Assembly: GCA_002269645.1 (NCBI GenBank)
Contig: NIVC01000024.1
Span: forward strand, 620,001 to 684,000
Source of the DNA: Macrostomum lignano
Taxonomy: Eukaryota
Reading direction: 5' to 3'
Length of the DNA stretch: 64,000 nucleotides
Each line of letters opens with the position of its first letter. Position 1 is the first letter of the stretch. Of this stretch, positions 27,175-40,450 are shown piece by piece. The notes under the pieces were generated by a model. It searched no databases. It was not told where the DNA came from and saw only the letters and a list, made by a program, of their open reading frames with translations. The position numbers and the translations under genes are program-made.

Positions 27175-30100
27175 TTAACGCCGCCTAATTCTAATCAAAG
27201 CCGAGGCGAGCCAAGCTTTAAAGTGCTCCGTCAGCTCTGCAGCTGCGGAGCCGGACAAGTTGGCGAACTTCGCGTAGAACGGGCAGCTCTTTATGGTCAG
27301 CTTGGACGGCCGGTGCTTCGCTTTGCGTTGCAAGCTGTGAAAATAAGCAGTTGAAAATGGGTTTTTAGGAGATTAAATACCTAGATTATCTAATCTAGTG
27401 TCTAGTCTAGATGATCTAATCTAGTGTCTAGTCTAGATTATCTAATCTAGTGTCTAGTCTAGATGATCTAATCTAGTGTCTAGTCTAGATGATCTAATCT
27501 AGTGTCTAGTCTATATGATCTAATCTAGTGTCTAGATGATCTAAGCTACTGTCTAGATGATCTAATCTATTGTCTAGTCTAGATGATCTTATCTAGTGTC
27601 TAGATGATCTAATCTAGTGTCTAGTCTAGATGATCTTATCTAGTGTCTAGATGATCTAAGCTACTGTCTAGATGATCTAATCTAGTGTCTAGTCTAGATG
27701 ATCTTATCTAGTGTCTAGATGATCTAAGCTACTGTCTAGATGATCTAATCTAGGGTCCACAAGATCTAATCTAGTGTCTAAATGATCTAATCTAGTGTCT
27801 AGATGATCTAATCTAGGGTCCACAAGATCTAATCTAGTGTCTATACGATCTAATCTAGTGTCTATATGATCTAATCTAGTGTCTATATGATCTAATCTAG
27901 TGTCTATATGATCTAATCTAGTGTCTATATGATCTAATCTAGTGTCTATATGATCTAATCTAGTGTCTATATGATCTAATCTAGTGTCTATATGATCTAA
28001 TCTAGTGTCTATATGATCTAATCTAGTGTCTATATGATCTAATCTAGTGTCTATATGATCTAATCTAGTGTCTAGATGATCTAATCTAGTGTCTAGATGA
28101 TCTAATCTAGGGTCCACAAGATCTAATCTAGTGTCTAGATGATCTAATCTAGTGTCTATATGATCTCATCTAGGGTCCACAAGATCTAATCTAGTGTCTA
28201 GATGATCTAATCTAGTGTCTAGATGATCTAATCTAGGGTCCACAAGATCTAATCTAGTGTCTAGATGATCTAATCTAGTGTCTATATGATCTCATCTAGG
28301 GTCCAAAAGATCTAATCAAACATTCAGAAGATCTAATTGATCTGTCCAAATTGCGTCTGAACACACATGGAGACCCAACAAACTAAACCAAAGCCCCAAA
28401 GCTCACCAAGCAGTGTACATGGCGTGGAACTCAGCGGACAATGCCTCAGCAATATCCGCTCGCATCCGCGGCACCCGAGCTTCGCGGATGTCCGCCAGCA
28501 TCTGGCCGAGCAGCGCGCCGCGACCGCCGAAGGGCCGCTGACCGCAGGCCAGCTCGTACAGCGCCACACCGAGGCCCCACACGTCAGCCCTGTGCCCGTA
28601 GCGCTTGGCTCGAACACGCTCCGGCGACATGTACTCGTAGCTGCCGCAGAACGAGCTGGCCAGACAGGTGGACACATTGGCGGCAGCGTCTTGACCGGCT
28701 GGCGCCGCCTCCTTGGCCAGGCCGAGGTCGCAGATTTTCACGCGGCCTGAGCGGCAGGCCAAGATGTTGGCCAGCTTCACGTCCCGGTGTACAATGCACC
28801 GCTGCCACAGGTAGGCCAGGCCGTTAACCACTGACACGGTGACGAAGCCTGACGATTGCAAGCTTGTGCTAGATAGACAGACAGACATTCACAGACACAG
28901 GCAGGCACAGACAGACAGGCAGACACAGACAGACAGGCACAGACAGACAGACACAGACAAGCAGGCACAGACAGGCAGGCACAGACAGGCAGGCAGACAC
29001 AGGCACCACAACAGAGCTCTGACTAACCGAGAACTGGATCGTCGGCGATCCCCAGCTTATCCAGCGAACCGGCGTCCATCACCTCCGTGCAGATGAACAG
29101 CCGGCCCCGCGACTGCTCAAAGAATGAGCACAGGTAGCTGATGATATTGTCGTGCCTGCAGTCGGCCAGCAGCTTCAGCTCCAGCATCAGCCGTTCGATC
29201 TCCGCCTCGTCTAAGCGGCCAGCATTGCCGCCCAAGTTGCCGAGGGCGCACAGGTCGATGGACTTCAGAGCGACCGGCTTGTTGGTCACCCTGAGTGGCC
29301 GGGGGGGGGGGCTTAAGGACTGCTGATACTGTCTGCATTTTTGCTCTCCCATCTCCCACTCTCCCATCTCTCAGTCTCCAAATCTCCCTCTCCCATTCTT
29401 TCACTCTCCCATCTCCCACTTTCCCATCTCCCACTCTCCCATCTCCCACTTTCCCATCTCCCACTCTCCCATCTCCCACTTTCCCATCTCCCAGATCCCA
29501 TCTCCCACTCTCCCATCTCCCACTCACCCATCTCCCACTCTTCCATCTCCCACTCTTCCATCTCCCACCTCCCACTCTCCCACTTTCCCATCTCCCATCT
29601 CTCAGTCTCCAAAACTCCCTCTCCCATTCTTTCACTCTCCCATCTCCCACTTTCCCATCTCCCACTCTCCCATCTCCCACTTTCCCATCTCCCACTCTCC
29701 CATCTCCCACTTTCCCATCTCCCAGATCCCATCTCCCACTCTCCCATCTCCCACTCTCCCATCTCCCACTCTTCCATCTCCCACCTCCCACTCTCCCACT
29801 TTCCCATCTCCCATCTCTCAGTCTCCAAAACTCCCTCTCCCATTCTTTCACTCTCCCATCTCCCACTTTCCTATATCCCATCTCCCACTTTCCTATATCC
29901 CACTCTCCCATCTCCCACTCTCCCATCTCCAACTTTCCCATCCCCCACTTTCCCATCTCCCAGATCCCATCTCTCATCTCTCAGTCTCCAAATCTCCCTC
30001 TCCCATTCTTTCACTCTACCATCTCCCACTTTCCTATATCCCATCTCCCACTTCCCATCTCCCAGATCCCATCTCCCACTCTCCCATCTCCCATCTCCCA

Positions 30101-33100
30101 GTCTCCAAAACTCCCTCTCCCATTCTTTCACTTTCCCATCTCCCACTTTCCTATATCCCACTCTCCCATCTCCCACTCTCCCATCTCCCACTTTCCCATC
30201 TCCCATCTCCCACTCTCCCATCTCCCACTCTCCCATCTCCCACTCTCCCATCTCCCACTCTCCCACTTTCCCATTTCCTAGTCTCCCATTTACCATCTCC
30301 CATCTCCCACCGCTCACTTGCACATAGCCATGTACACGGTGCCAAACTGACCAAAGCCAAGGCAATTTCTTTCCTGACCAAAGTCAAAGTCATCCAAGCA
30401 CCATTGTCTAGCGGCCAGCGCTTCCTCAGACTGGCCGGGTTCAGCCGCAGCTGCAGAACAGGCTGCTGCCGCTGCGGCTGGCTGACTTGGCATCTGCACG
30501 GAGCCAGCGCTGCCTCCTGCTGGACTGTAAAATTGAAACTGGCAGCAGCAGGGAGACGACAAGCTGCGAATGCTGGCGTAGGTGGACTCGCTTCGAATGG
30601 CTGTTTGCATGCCCGAACTGCTGCAGGGTGGCATGCGGATGGATTATTGGGGCGATTATTGGGGCAATTATTGTGGCCATTATTGAGGGGATTACTGTGG
30701 CGATTACTGTAGCAAATATTGGGGCGATTATTGAGGCGATTATTTGGGCGATTTAATGGGACGATTATTTGGGCGATTATTGGGGCGATTATTGGACCGG
30801 TTTTTTGGGCGATTATTGGGACGATTTTTGAGGCGATTATTTGGACGATTATTTGGGCGATTGTTGGGGCGATTATTGGACCGGTTTTTTGGGCGATTAT
30901 TGGGACGATTTTTGAGGCGATTATTTGGGCGATTATTTGGGCGATTATTAGGGCGATTGTTGGGGCGATTATTGGACCGATTTTTGGGACGATTATTTGG
31001 GCGATTATTGCGGCGACTATTGTGGTGATCCAAGGCAATTATTAGGGCGATCCAAAGTGATTATTGACACGATTTTTGGTCTCCAGCTCTGTCACTAGAC
31101 CTATGTCACCTCGTCATTCATTTAAGTCAAGCCTGCAACTTGCAATGGCTGCATTTATCAAGTATGCCGGTGCCGGTGAAAAAAAAATTTCAGGCCTCAT
31201 TACATAGCGTGGGGTAGCCTCAGGCCATGAAAGTTAAACAGTGAGCTGCATAGAGATGGCCTGCCCGATGAAAACAGTACCTAGGCCAAGAAGCGCCAGG
31301 TTGCGTTGCAGGTAACAACAGGTAAAATAGGAAAGAAGTGACTCAAGACGACTCTTAAACGACGGGATCTCAAGGTACCAGTCGTCAAAAGTCGTGAAAG
31401 AGTCGCCTAGAAACGTCAATTTGAGGCCTTTTATTGTCTGCGACTCTGAAACGCTAACACAGCGACTCTTGGACGACTCTTTAGCGATTTTTTAACGATT
31501 CTGTAACTCATTTGATGCGCTCGTGACTCAACAGTCGCTATCATCATTTTAAGCTGAGAAAGAGAGCTTAATGATAGGCTGATGAGCTGATGTGCTTTTA
31601 TCAGTTTTAATTGTTTATTACAAAGAGCATCGAGTCCTATAATTTGCCAGATAAGTATTTGGCATGCAAATGCTTGAAGTGTTTCAATCGAAACCACATC
31701 GCCCCATCCTGTATACTAATTAGGCAATTCTCAGTGTGCTTACACAGAATTCTCGGAGCACAACTGGCACTGCCCATTGGACATTGTGGTGAGCAGTTCG
31801 GGAGCTAAGTTGGCACCGGCAACAGCGCAGGTCTGGCCAAGCCTAGTCAGTATGTCAGCACAAGCGGAGGCCAGCTCATCGAATTGCAGAGCTCTGGGCG
31901 CTAGCAGGGCGACCCCGCCGCACAGCCAGACAGTCACGTGATGCGGGAGACGGCCCCAGCGTTGCCGAGTCTGCGGCTGCTGATGCTGCTGCGTTTGGTG
32001 CAGCTTAACGAAACTTTGTAGTGTGGGAGAAGTCATTACATAGTTTAGTTAATAAAGCTTTATTCTGTAAGCTTGGTAGAAATCATAACTGCACCTGTGC
32101 ATCAGTCAGTCATAAATCATAACTGCACCTGTCTATCAGTTAGTCATAAATCATAACTGCACCTGTGCATCAGTGAGTCATAAATCATAATTTCACCTGT
32201 CTATCAGTTAGTCATAAATCATAACTGCACCTGTCTATCAGTCAGTCATAAATCATAACTGCACCTGTGCATCAGCTACTCATAAATCATAACTGCACCT
32301 GTGCATCAGTTAGTCATAAATCATAACTGCACCTGTGCATCAGTTAGTCATAAATCATAACTGCACCTGTGCATCAGTGAGTCATAAATCATAATTTCAC
32401 CTGTCTATCAGTCAGTCATAAATCCCAACTGCACCTGTCTATCAGACAGTCATAAATCATAACTGCACCTGTCTATCAGTTAGTCATAAATCATAACTGC
32501 ACCTGTCTATCAGACAGTCATAAATCATAACTGCACCTGTCTATCAGTTAGTCATAAATCATAACTGCACCTGTCTATCAGACAGTCATAAATCATAACT
32601 GCACCTGTGAATCAGTTAGTCATAAATCATAACTGCACCTGTCTATCAGACAGTCATAAATCATAACTGCACCTGTGCATCAGTCAGTCATAAATCATAA
32701 CTGCACCTGTCTATCAGTTAGTCATAAATCATAACTGCACCTGTGCATCAGTCAGTCATAAATCATAACTGCACCTGTCTATCAGACAGTCATAAATCAT
32801 AACTGCACCTGTGCATCAGTCAGTCATAAATCATAACTGCACCTGTCTATCAGACAGTCATAAATCATAACTGCACCTGTCTATCAGTCAGTCATAAAGC
32901 ATAAATCAGGTGTGCTTGACTTATTTTATAGAAGGATTAGTGAAAAAAATTCACACTTACCTATGCCAATAGTAGACCTGCCTTAAATCTTCATCAGTTT
33001 TAACTGTCATTAAGTGACCTTCCTTGTCAATTAGTATCAAACTTGGATTATTAGGTGGCAATGTAAAACCTATTACTGAACTCAATAAATCAGCCAATTG

Positions 33101-33238
33101 CAGCAGGCCGAAACTGTGAGGAATAAGTGCAATTGAGCTGTTGCAAGATGCTGAATAGAACTGAATTGACAGATGGTTTGGCACTGATATATTGAATTGT
33201 AGTTTGTTCTCATCCAGAATTGTGAAGCTAAATGTCAT
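27175..33238 (-). CDS. MAP2K5: Dual-specificity MAP kinase kinase, MEK5/MAP2K5-like (N-terminal PB1 + STE7 kinase), 6 exons
   Basis: Phase-compatible GT-AG exons: 33238-32961 (PB1-like LIDKEGHLMTVKTDEDL), 32013-31744, 30620-30318 (LGFGQFGTVY), 29290-29028 (VALK; CTEVMDAGSLD), 28848-28407 (GLAYLW..IVHRDVKLANIL; KICDLG; YMSPER; DVWGLG) and 27334-27175 (CLQRKAKHRPS…CPFY). PB1 plus GL.YLW point to MEK5. Confidence 0.8.
27380..28315. repeat. ~21-bp minisatellite (gatctaatctagtgtctagat) in the last MEK5 intron
   Basis: Directly visible, rich in ctag/gatc palindromes. Confidence 0.95.
28870..29000. repeat. Degenerate (CAGA)n microsatellite in a MEK5 intron
   Basis: Directly visible. Confidence 0.9.
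29345..30308. repeat. C-rich 15-bp-based higher-order repeat (cccatctcccactct) in a MEK5 intron
   Basis: 15-bp units nested in longer reiterated blocks. Confidence 0.95.
30643..31050. repeat. 12-bp minisatellite (gggcgattattt) in a MEK5 intron
   Basis: Directly visible. Confidence 0.93.
31267..31540. repeat. Dispersed GACTC-rich repeat, internally deleted copy (inverted relative to 39990-40450)
   Basis: aagagtcgcctagaa..gtcaatttgaggccttttattgtctgcgactctgaaacg and flanking blocks match the reverse complement of ~40235-40450, then jump to ~39990-40090. Confidence 0.8.
32083..32900. repeat. 34-bp minisatellite (cataaatcataactgcacctgtctatcagttagt) in MEK5 intron 1
   Basis: About 24 units. Confidence 0.97.
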
Positions 33239-36200
33239 GCCTAAAATGGGATTAATAGGGTATAGTTATATATAAAACAACAGAGCAAACAATAGGATAA
33301 AATTTAGACTACTATAGAAAGTAAATCATATGGTTTATTTGTATAAGTTAAAAAATTTAAACATTTATTTATATGCTTTGCAATATGTAATATAGTTGAT
33401 TATATTTCTATGCAAACTTTTTTCTTTATATGGCATTTTAGCTTTAAGAATGTCCTATAAGCCTAGCTAAAACTATGAAAATAAAGCTTTTGCTTTTGAT
33501 TTTTGTGTAGATTTTGTATAGAAATTCCATACTAGTGTGCCAAGGGCTTTTTCAAGTGGATATTAGTATATATTATTAACAATAAATGCAAGAACTAGAG
33601 GGTATTTAAAAAATAATTATAAAACAATGATAAAGCATAATTTTTAATAACTTTTAAAAACAAAAATAAAAACTTAATAATAGAAAATCAATCCTCCACA
33701 CATTTAGTACCAAAGTAGGCCCTAACTTTTCACCGAAATTAATGTTTTTTAAAATGACTATTACCAAACTGACTAACACTAAAGTACCTGGTTCCTACTA
33801 TAAAGACTTAGACTTTAATGAAAACTAAATATGGCTAGGTTCTAGTCTTATTAATACTAATACTAAACCTATGCATTATAAAGCCCTATTAGAGTATAGG
33901 TTCAGATCCTGCAAATAAGTGACACAGGTCCATAGTTAGGAAGATGGCCTTTTTGATAGAAAATTTCAGAGCAAAAAGGGTTGAATGTGTGCTACACCAG
34001 TGCATTCTGGTGCAACAATAGAAAATTAAAGAATCTAACATAGTAAAGGGCAAGGCAAAAAATTTTTGCTAACAAAAATAGTTCCAATTCATGGTGCAAT
34101 CACAAATAAACTTATTCCCTGGTATATTAGGCCCTGGCATACTATAGATAAGCACTATAGGCATAGGTTTATTTATATGCAGTATGCTTAGATACTACAG
34201 ATGTTTATTACAAAATCGTAGCACCACAATAGCTTTTGCACAAGGTGCAGTAGATAGCTGACTTTAACTTTTAAAATATATAACACTAAGACAACAAATA
34301 TTAAAATATTATATTATAATAAAATAAATGATTAATATATCTAAATGGAAATACAAATGGCAAAATCCAAAAATTGGGGGCAAGTTTTTTGAAAACTTGT
34401 TTTTTAGCAATTTGAAAGCAATAAAGGTATAAAATAAATTTATTTGAGTTTTTTAAAGTTATAAACATCTATAAAGCACAAATTATTCATATATAGTCTT
34501 GTTTTTAATAAATTGATTTGTTAAAATGGTAAATTTAATTATGACTCAAATGACTCTAATAAAAATGATAGAAAAGCTCTAATAATGTATGTATTAACTT
34601 TAAGTATCTTATAATATTACATTCTATAATGCTACAACATATTTACCATTCTTTTTAAGGGGTTTATTTGTTTATCATTTTCATTACTATTGACAACAGA
34701 TATTTTGTAGAGTTTGTTTGCAATAAATACTATACTCAACGTAAGTTTATTATTTAAGCATATGAGTTCCCATAAGGATTGGAAAATTTTCTACTGAAAC
34801 AATTTGGAAAATTCTTTTTTCTTATATACACGCCACAATAATATATATTTTAGTATAATTTCATTGTTTTTTGTTGCTGAATAAGCATACAGTAAGCATC
34901 TAATTTGGAAGCTGGGTAACACATTAGAATTCCCATAAGGATCAGAAATTAGCATTTTACTCAGCTTCTACTAAAGCAATTTGGAAAAAAATTTCCTGGA
35001 TACACACCACAATGATACATGTTTAAGTATAATTTTATTCTTTTTTTGTCACCTCACCTCATAAGCCTACAGAAAGCATTTTATTTGGATGCTAGGTTCA
35101 CATTTTATGGTACCATTTCTTACCCCAAAATTAGTCTTAATATAGGCATATTACATACACTAATATATGCAAGTTAATATTTAAATGAAAGAAAACAGCT
35201 TAAAGATTATTTTGCAACAAGAAATTAGCAGTAAATTTACTTTTAAAGAAAGATGTTTGCTAGCAAACTTTGCACTTTAAATTAGTATGAATTTTTGCAA
35301 GTTTATGTAGTTCTTGAAAAACTTAGAAATCCTTAATCTTTTTGAAAAAAGTAAAACATGGAATACTTTCTGTTTTGTAAGTAGTGGAAAAATTAGCCTT
35401 CTCTAAGGTCTGCAATTCTTAAGATTAATTATTTATTAATGAAAAAAGTGAAACAAAAAATTGCAAATCTGTTAACTTGGAATTTCAAAAAGTTTTTTTG
35501 CGGTTTTTTACTTATTTTTTCAACAATATAAAGCATGAAAACAATAGTTTTTTTACAGAACTATTTTTAAGACTTATCTGTCTTTCAAAAAGCTTTTTAG
35601 ATACATTACCCTCTATCAAATGTCTGCAGATTAGTTTTACCATGTTATCCCATATTTCTGGATTTTGCTGTATGATAGTCTCTACAACAACTCCAAGAAG
35701 TTCTATGAAGACTTTTTGGAGTCTTGGTGTTGCTTTTAGGGTTGTTTGTGCCTATGTATACCCGCCACAAGCCAAAAAGCACATTTTGAAATCTCAATTT
35801 TTATTTATTATGTGGCATGGCATTAAATATATGCCAAAATGAAAAAAATGAATCAAAATTTTATGCAAATTTAAACCAAGTTTCTTATTACTTACAGCCA
35901 ATATGATATGTCAGTAGAATATTATGCCAACTATATGCCAGCTTTAAATTGCAACCCACATTGTCAGATATGATCTCTAGTCTATTCAATAGAAATAGAC
36001 TCTAGGCCTATTGTAGATATACCATAGGGCGTAATAGATAAATTATAGAAACAAATAATACATAAATCAAAGCTTACCGTGATATTGAGTTCTAGATTAA
36101 TGTAATTTAAGGTAACACAGGGAACTGTTAAATGATTTGAAAAAAAGATTAAATTCTGCTAAATGAGAATGATTGCTAAAACTGCAACAGCAACCTATAT

Positions 36201-38141
36201 TTATTTAAAGGATGAAACGTGATAAAATGTCTAGTTATATTTGCTTGCAAAGATGCAAAAAAATTAAACCAAGACATTTCAAGACAATTTATTTTATAAT
36301 ACAGTATCAGTATCAGTATTTAAGTTTCGGTTTTTCAGTTTCGTTTTGTGCAACGAGTGACGCAATTCGCAAAGTTAATGTGTTTCATGGAAAGTTGGCC
36401 TTTCAAAATGCCCCTAAAAGTTGGCGTTGTAAACTTTAAACATAACGACAGTCGTTAGTTTGTACTAACAAGATACGGGAAGTCCAACCTAACTGAATAG
36501 GTTTTGCTAGCTAACCTAAAAATAATAGCTTTTATGCAGTCGACTGTTTTGAATACTTTTTTTGCAATTTAAAGGTGGGTTGAAAGTAAATTACTGGTTG
36601 CTATATATAAATTTATCCCTTTTATGCATGATATGCGCTAATTCTAAAAGGCATCACATGCCCATCAGAGGGAATGTACATATCCATGTCAAATGTACAT
36701 GTAAATATAACGGATTTAGAAAATATTCTAGAAGTTGTATAAAATGGAGCTGATCTTATTAACATTAAACCTACAGTAACTTTAACATCGAAAGTCAAAA
36801 AAAATTCTTGTGCGCGTAACTGTTCGCAGACTTCTTTTTATAAACCGACCGTTATTAGCTTTGCGACCATGAAGATGTTAAAGGCGGTCATTTTCTTTTG
36901 TTTTAAACGTTTCGTTATATATATATATATTTAGAAATAGAAGATATATAGAGATACTATAGATATAAGCTGGAAAAAGCAAGCTGTTTAGGTAACTAAT
37001 AACAAAACGATTAGTCCATAAAAATTAAGGAGATTTTATAACAATCGGACATTTGAGTCCTTTTAAACTGGAAAGCTGAAAACTTTGTTGGTCTGAAAAT
37101 CAACTAATTATCGAAAAATCTGCTGATAACATTTGAGACCAACAACTACTTTGACCTACTTTATATGAAGTAAACACGCTTAAAATGATTGCGAAAACGC
37201 ATATTTACTATATAGATTCTAGCATGGAAGCCTAAGAAACATTTTAATAAGTGTTGAACCAAAGCAGTAACCTAGTAAAATATTTAAACTTGTTTTAAAA
37301 TGGACTGATAAAACGTGTGTTTATTTTATTGCACTTGGGACATCAATATTGCACATCAACTGAACGTTCATAGCGTTATTGACTAGAAACAACGATTTGA
37401 ACTCATATAGATTACCACACTTTTAAGACCTACTTGAAGTAGCATTGGATTAGAAAGAGTATAATGACAGAAAAAGCGAACAAGCAAAACATAAAGCAAT
37501 TAGCATGTAGTAATGGGTCGACCGGCAATAATAATTAAGGATGACAAAAGAAACACAGGTTAAGCGAATAAATAGGTACGAAGCTTGTTAAAGATATTAA
37601 ATATTTTAGAAATTAATGGACACAAACAGTAGAGAAACAAAAACTATATAAACGTGACCAATAGTTAAAATAAGCTGTGACAATAAATTCCGCGTTTTAT
37701 TCATTTTTACGCCATTGGGATTAGCAGAGTAAATAACAACAATCAGAATAATTAAGTTTTAATAACATTATACTGCGTGTTCGTAAGACTACTAGTAGTA
37801 GTTGCATACACTGCACTGTCATTGTGGTCTTCTTAAATTAAATCTGATTCAAATTCGCGCCAAAACGGGACTTAGTTTAACAAAATGCTTTCAAACGCCT
37901 AATAAGGCAGGCAAGATAAGTGAGCACGTTCAAGATTTAACAAATGCTTATAAAGGCGTTCTTATGGCACGAATTTAAATTGGATTTAACATTTTATTGA
38001 ACGAACGAAACTGGGCATGTTCATAATTGCAAAAAACAGTTGAACAAGTTGAGAGTGCAGTGCCGGCCTTCTACTAAAAGACGTTCTTGTTCAGAGTTCT
38101 CCATTTTCAAACTACCACCAACGCAGTTTAGTTAAGGCGGG

Positions 38142-38558
38142 TTAAGCCGTATTAAGCTTCCTATAGACACGGGTGCAGACCACGTCACCAGCCTTGATTG
38201 TGCACACCATCTCGTTGTCGCCATCACCCTGCAGCTTGCGTTCAATAACGGTCTCTGGCTCGCTGGCCTGCTTGTGCACCAGCTCGCCACCCTCGGTCAG
38301 CGTAATCGTGCTCCGCACCTTCCTACCATCAATGGTGGTCTCTTCAAACTCTTTGTCCAACTCAAACGTGATCTCAGAGTTCTTAAACGTAGAGATGGTC
38401 TTCATCGTGCAGGTGCCGTCCTCGTTGCGCAAAAACTGCACATCCGGCTTGACCGTGTTGCCAACTTTGCGCAATACAAAGCCAACTCCGATTGCTTTCA
38501 TGTAGGCGTCGAAATTCTCTGACGACTCCAAGCGCCAGGTGCCGATGAACTTCTCCAT
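38142..38558 (-). CDS. FABP: Fatty acid-binding protein (FABP/iLBP family), coding region intronless, 138 aa
   Basis: F.GTWRLESSENFDAYMKAIGVG..LRK.G, STFKNSEITFEL..EFEETTIDGRKV.S, VCTRVY. Confidence 0.95.
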   Translation of the reverse strand: MEKFIGTWRLESSENFDAYMKAIGVGFVLRKVGNTVKPDVQFLRNEDGTCTMKTISTFKNSEITFELDKEFEETTIDGRKVRSTITLTEGGELVHKQASEPETVIERKLQGDGDNEMVCTIKAGDVVCTRVYRKLNTA

Positions 38559-38754
38559 TGATTAAGACTTGATGGTTTATTTCTTTAATTGATTATAATT
38601 GTGGCGTGACAACTATCAGGTCAACAAGTTAGTTAAACTGTAATAAAATGTTTTTAAAAAAGGTTTTGTTAAAAAAAGTTAACTGCGGGTGCTGCTTAGT
38701 TAAATTCCAGCCCGTCTTGACGTATAGCGAATGGTCGGGGGACACTTTGCCTGT

Positions 38755-38764
38755 CAATATTTAT
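38755..38764 (-). promoter_or_regulatory. TATA box candidate for FABP
   Basis: The minus strand reads gtataaatattg about 200 nt upstream of the ATG. Confidence 0.4.
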
Positions 38765-39989
38765 ACACGCTTCTCATTGTACGGTTCAGCGCAAGCTACT
38801 TGGCTATCCAATGGAGGTTGGATATAGATACTATCATTGCAAGCCTCACTGTGAACAGAGACACAGAATGAAGAAAATCATATACAATTGACAAAATGCT
38901 GACTAAGTTAGGTACGGATCAATGATAAATAAATTAGTCAAGTGTCATCACTCAGTGTAAACTTTATTAAGCATAGATACACAAAAATTAGTGCCTAAGA
39001 CCTAAACAAAGCTTAATTAATTCAGATTTAAAGCTATTAATGTCTAATTCAATGAACTGAACAGAACTGATTATTAATAACTTTGAAGTCAAAACTTGAA
39101 GTCCTACAAGACCCAACAGGGAATCCTTGTTGACTATAGGCAACATGGCTAGGCCTATACACCCCTTCCCTAATTCAACGTGGATTATCTTCACAAGATC
39201 GAGATTTTAGTTGGCTAGTGTAACGTTTTGTGTTCTTAGGTCGTCATCCCGATCCATCCATACATCTACACTGTTATTTTAGCAGCCAAAATTAAAAAAA
39301 ATAATTAAAACCAATACACTTAGCAACATGTGAGGGGGCCGATACAATTTCGGGGTTTACATAATGTATTTCAATAATTTGGCAGTGCAGTCAAAGATAC
39401 AGACTAGAGTCATAGGGTTTTTATAGTCCCAAAAAATACCGGTACCTTGCTAATATCTGCTAAATAGCTATGGTGGCATATATTGTGAAATTGCACTGGC
39501 TGACAACCAAGTGTGCACAAACACAGTCATTGCATTTCACATTTCTGATTTATAATCAGTCTTTATAACTAGTACAGCGCTAAAACTAGCTAACATCAAT
39601 TAAAACTGGAATATGGGATTTCAAACATGTTATCCGATCCGATAATTGGCGTCCCAAAAAGCATTTAACTCCTAGATGGAAAACATTTACAGACTAACAC
39701 AGGGTAGCAAATCATAGGCTATTTGTTATATGACAGGTATCTTGCTAAAAAATCGAGTGCTTCTTCTTCTGCTTCTGACGTGACTGGAATCATACGAAAA
39801 TCCCTGAGGTTTTAGGATTTTTCTTCTGCTGATTTCCAGGGCAGAATCATCCCGATCGAGTGCTTTTTGTTGAAAACGTTACCATGACAAGAATCGCTAA
39901 AGAGTCATCTCATCGCAAACAACTCACTATAGTGACTCCAACGACTCTGGGGCGACTCTTACTTTTTAACGACTCAAACGACTTCAATG

Positions 39990-40450
39990 CGACGGAGGCG
40001 ACTGATGAGTCACGAGAGCCCATCACGGGAGTTGCAGAATCTAAAAAAGTCGCGGAAAAGAGTCGTCCAAGACTCGTTGTGTTAGCGCTTAACTTCCTAC
40101 TGAGTCAAGTAGTCTAAACAGAGTTGTTATAAATGCGAAATGAGGTTCTAATTCATCAAGTGACGCAGATGCCCTCTAGACGCAACTCAGTGATTCTGCA
40201 GCGACTCTGGCATGTCTCAATACGACTCTACGGCCCCAGAGTCGTTTCAGAGTCGCAGACAATAAAAGGCCTCAAATTGACTCTTCTAGGCGACTCTTTG
40301 ATGACATTTTTTGCGCCTTGTACTCGTACCGTGACATTTCGGCTTTTTACAGTTGTCTCGAGTCCATTTCTTTCCTATTTAACCTGCGTTACCTGCAGCG
40401 ACTATAAAACAACTCTGAGGCGACTTGGTCTAGTAGGTACGGTTTTCATC
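39990..40450. repeat. Dispersed GACTC-rich repeat, longer copy (probable non-autonomous TE)
   Basis: Homologous in inverted orientation to 31267-31540. Confidence 0.75.

Noticed and set aside
27704-28117. (LDHIDTR)n heptad ORF that mimics a coiled-coil protein
   Set aside because: It is a translation of a 21-bp array inside the last MEK5 intron, with no supporting splice sites or unique sequence.
34769-35105. ~165-bp diverged tandem duplication
   Set aside because: Real but short, with no coding or structural signal, so not informative.
35477-35842. 121-aa ORF in the AT-rich desert
   Set aside because: TTG start, low-complexity AT-biased composition and no recognisable motif.
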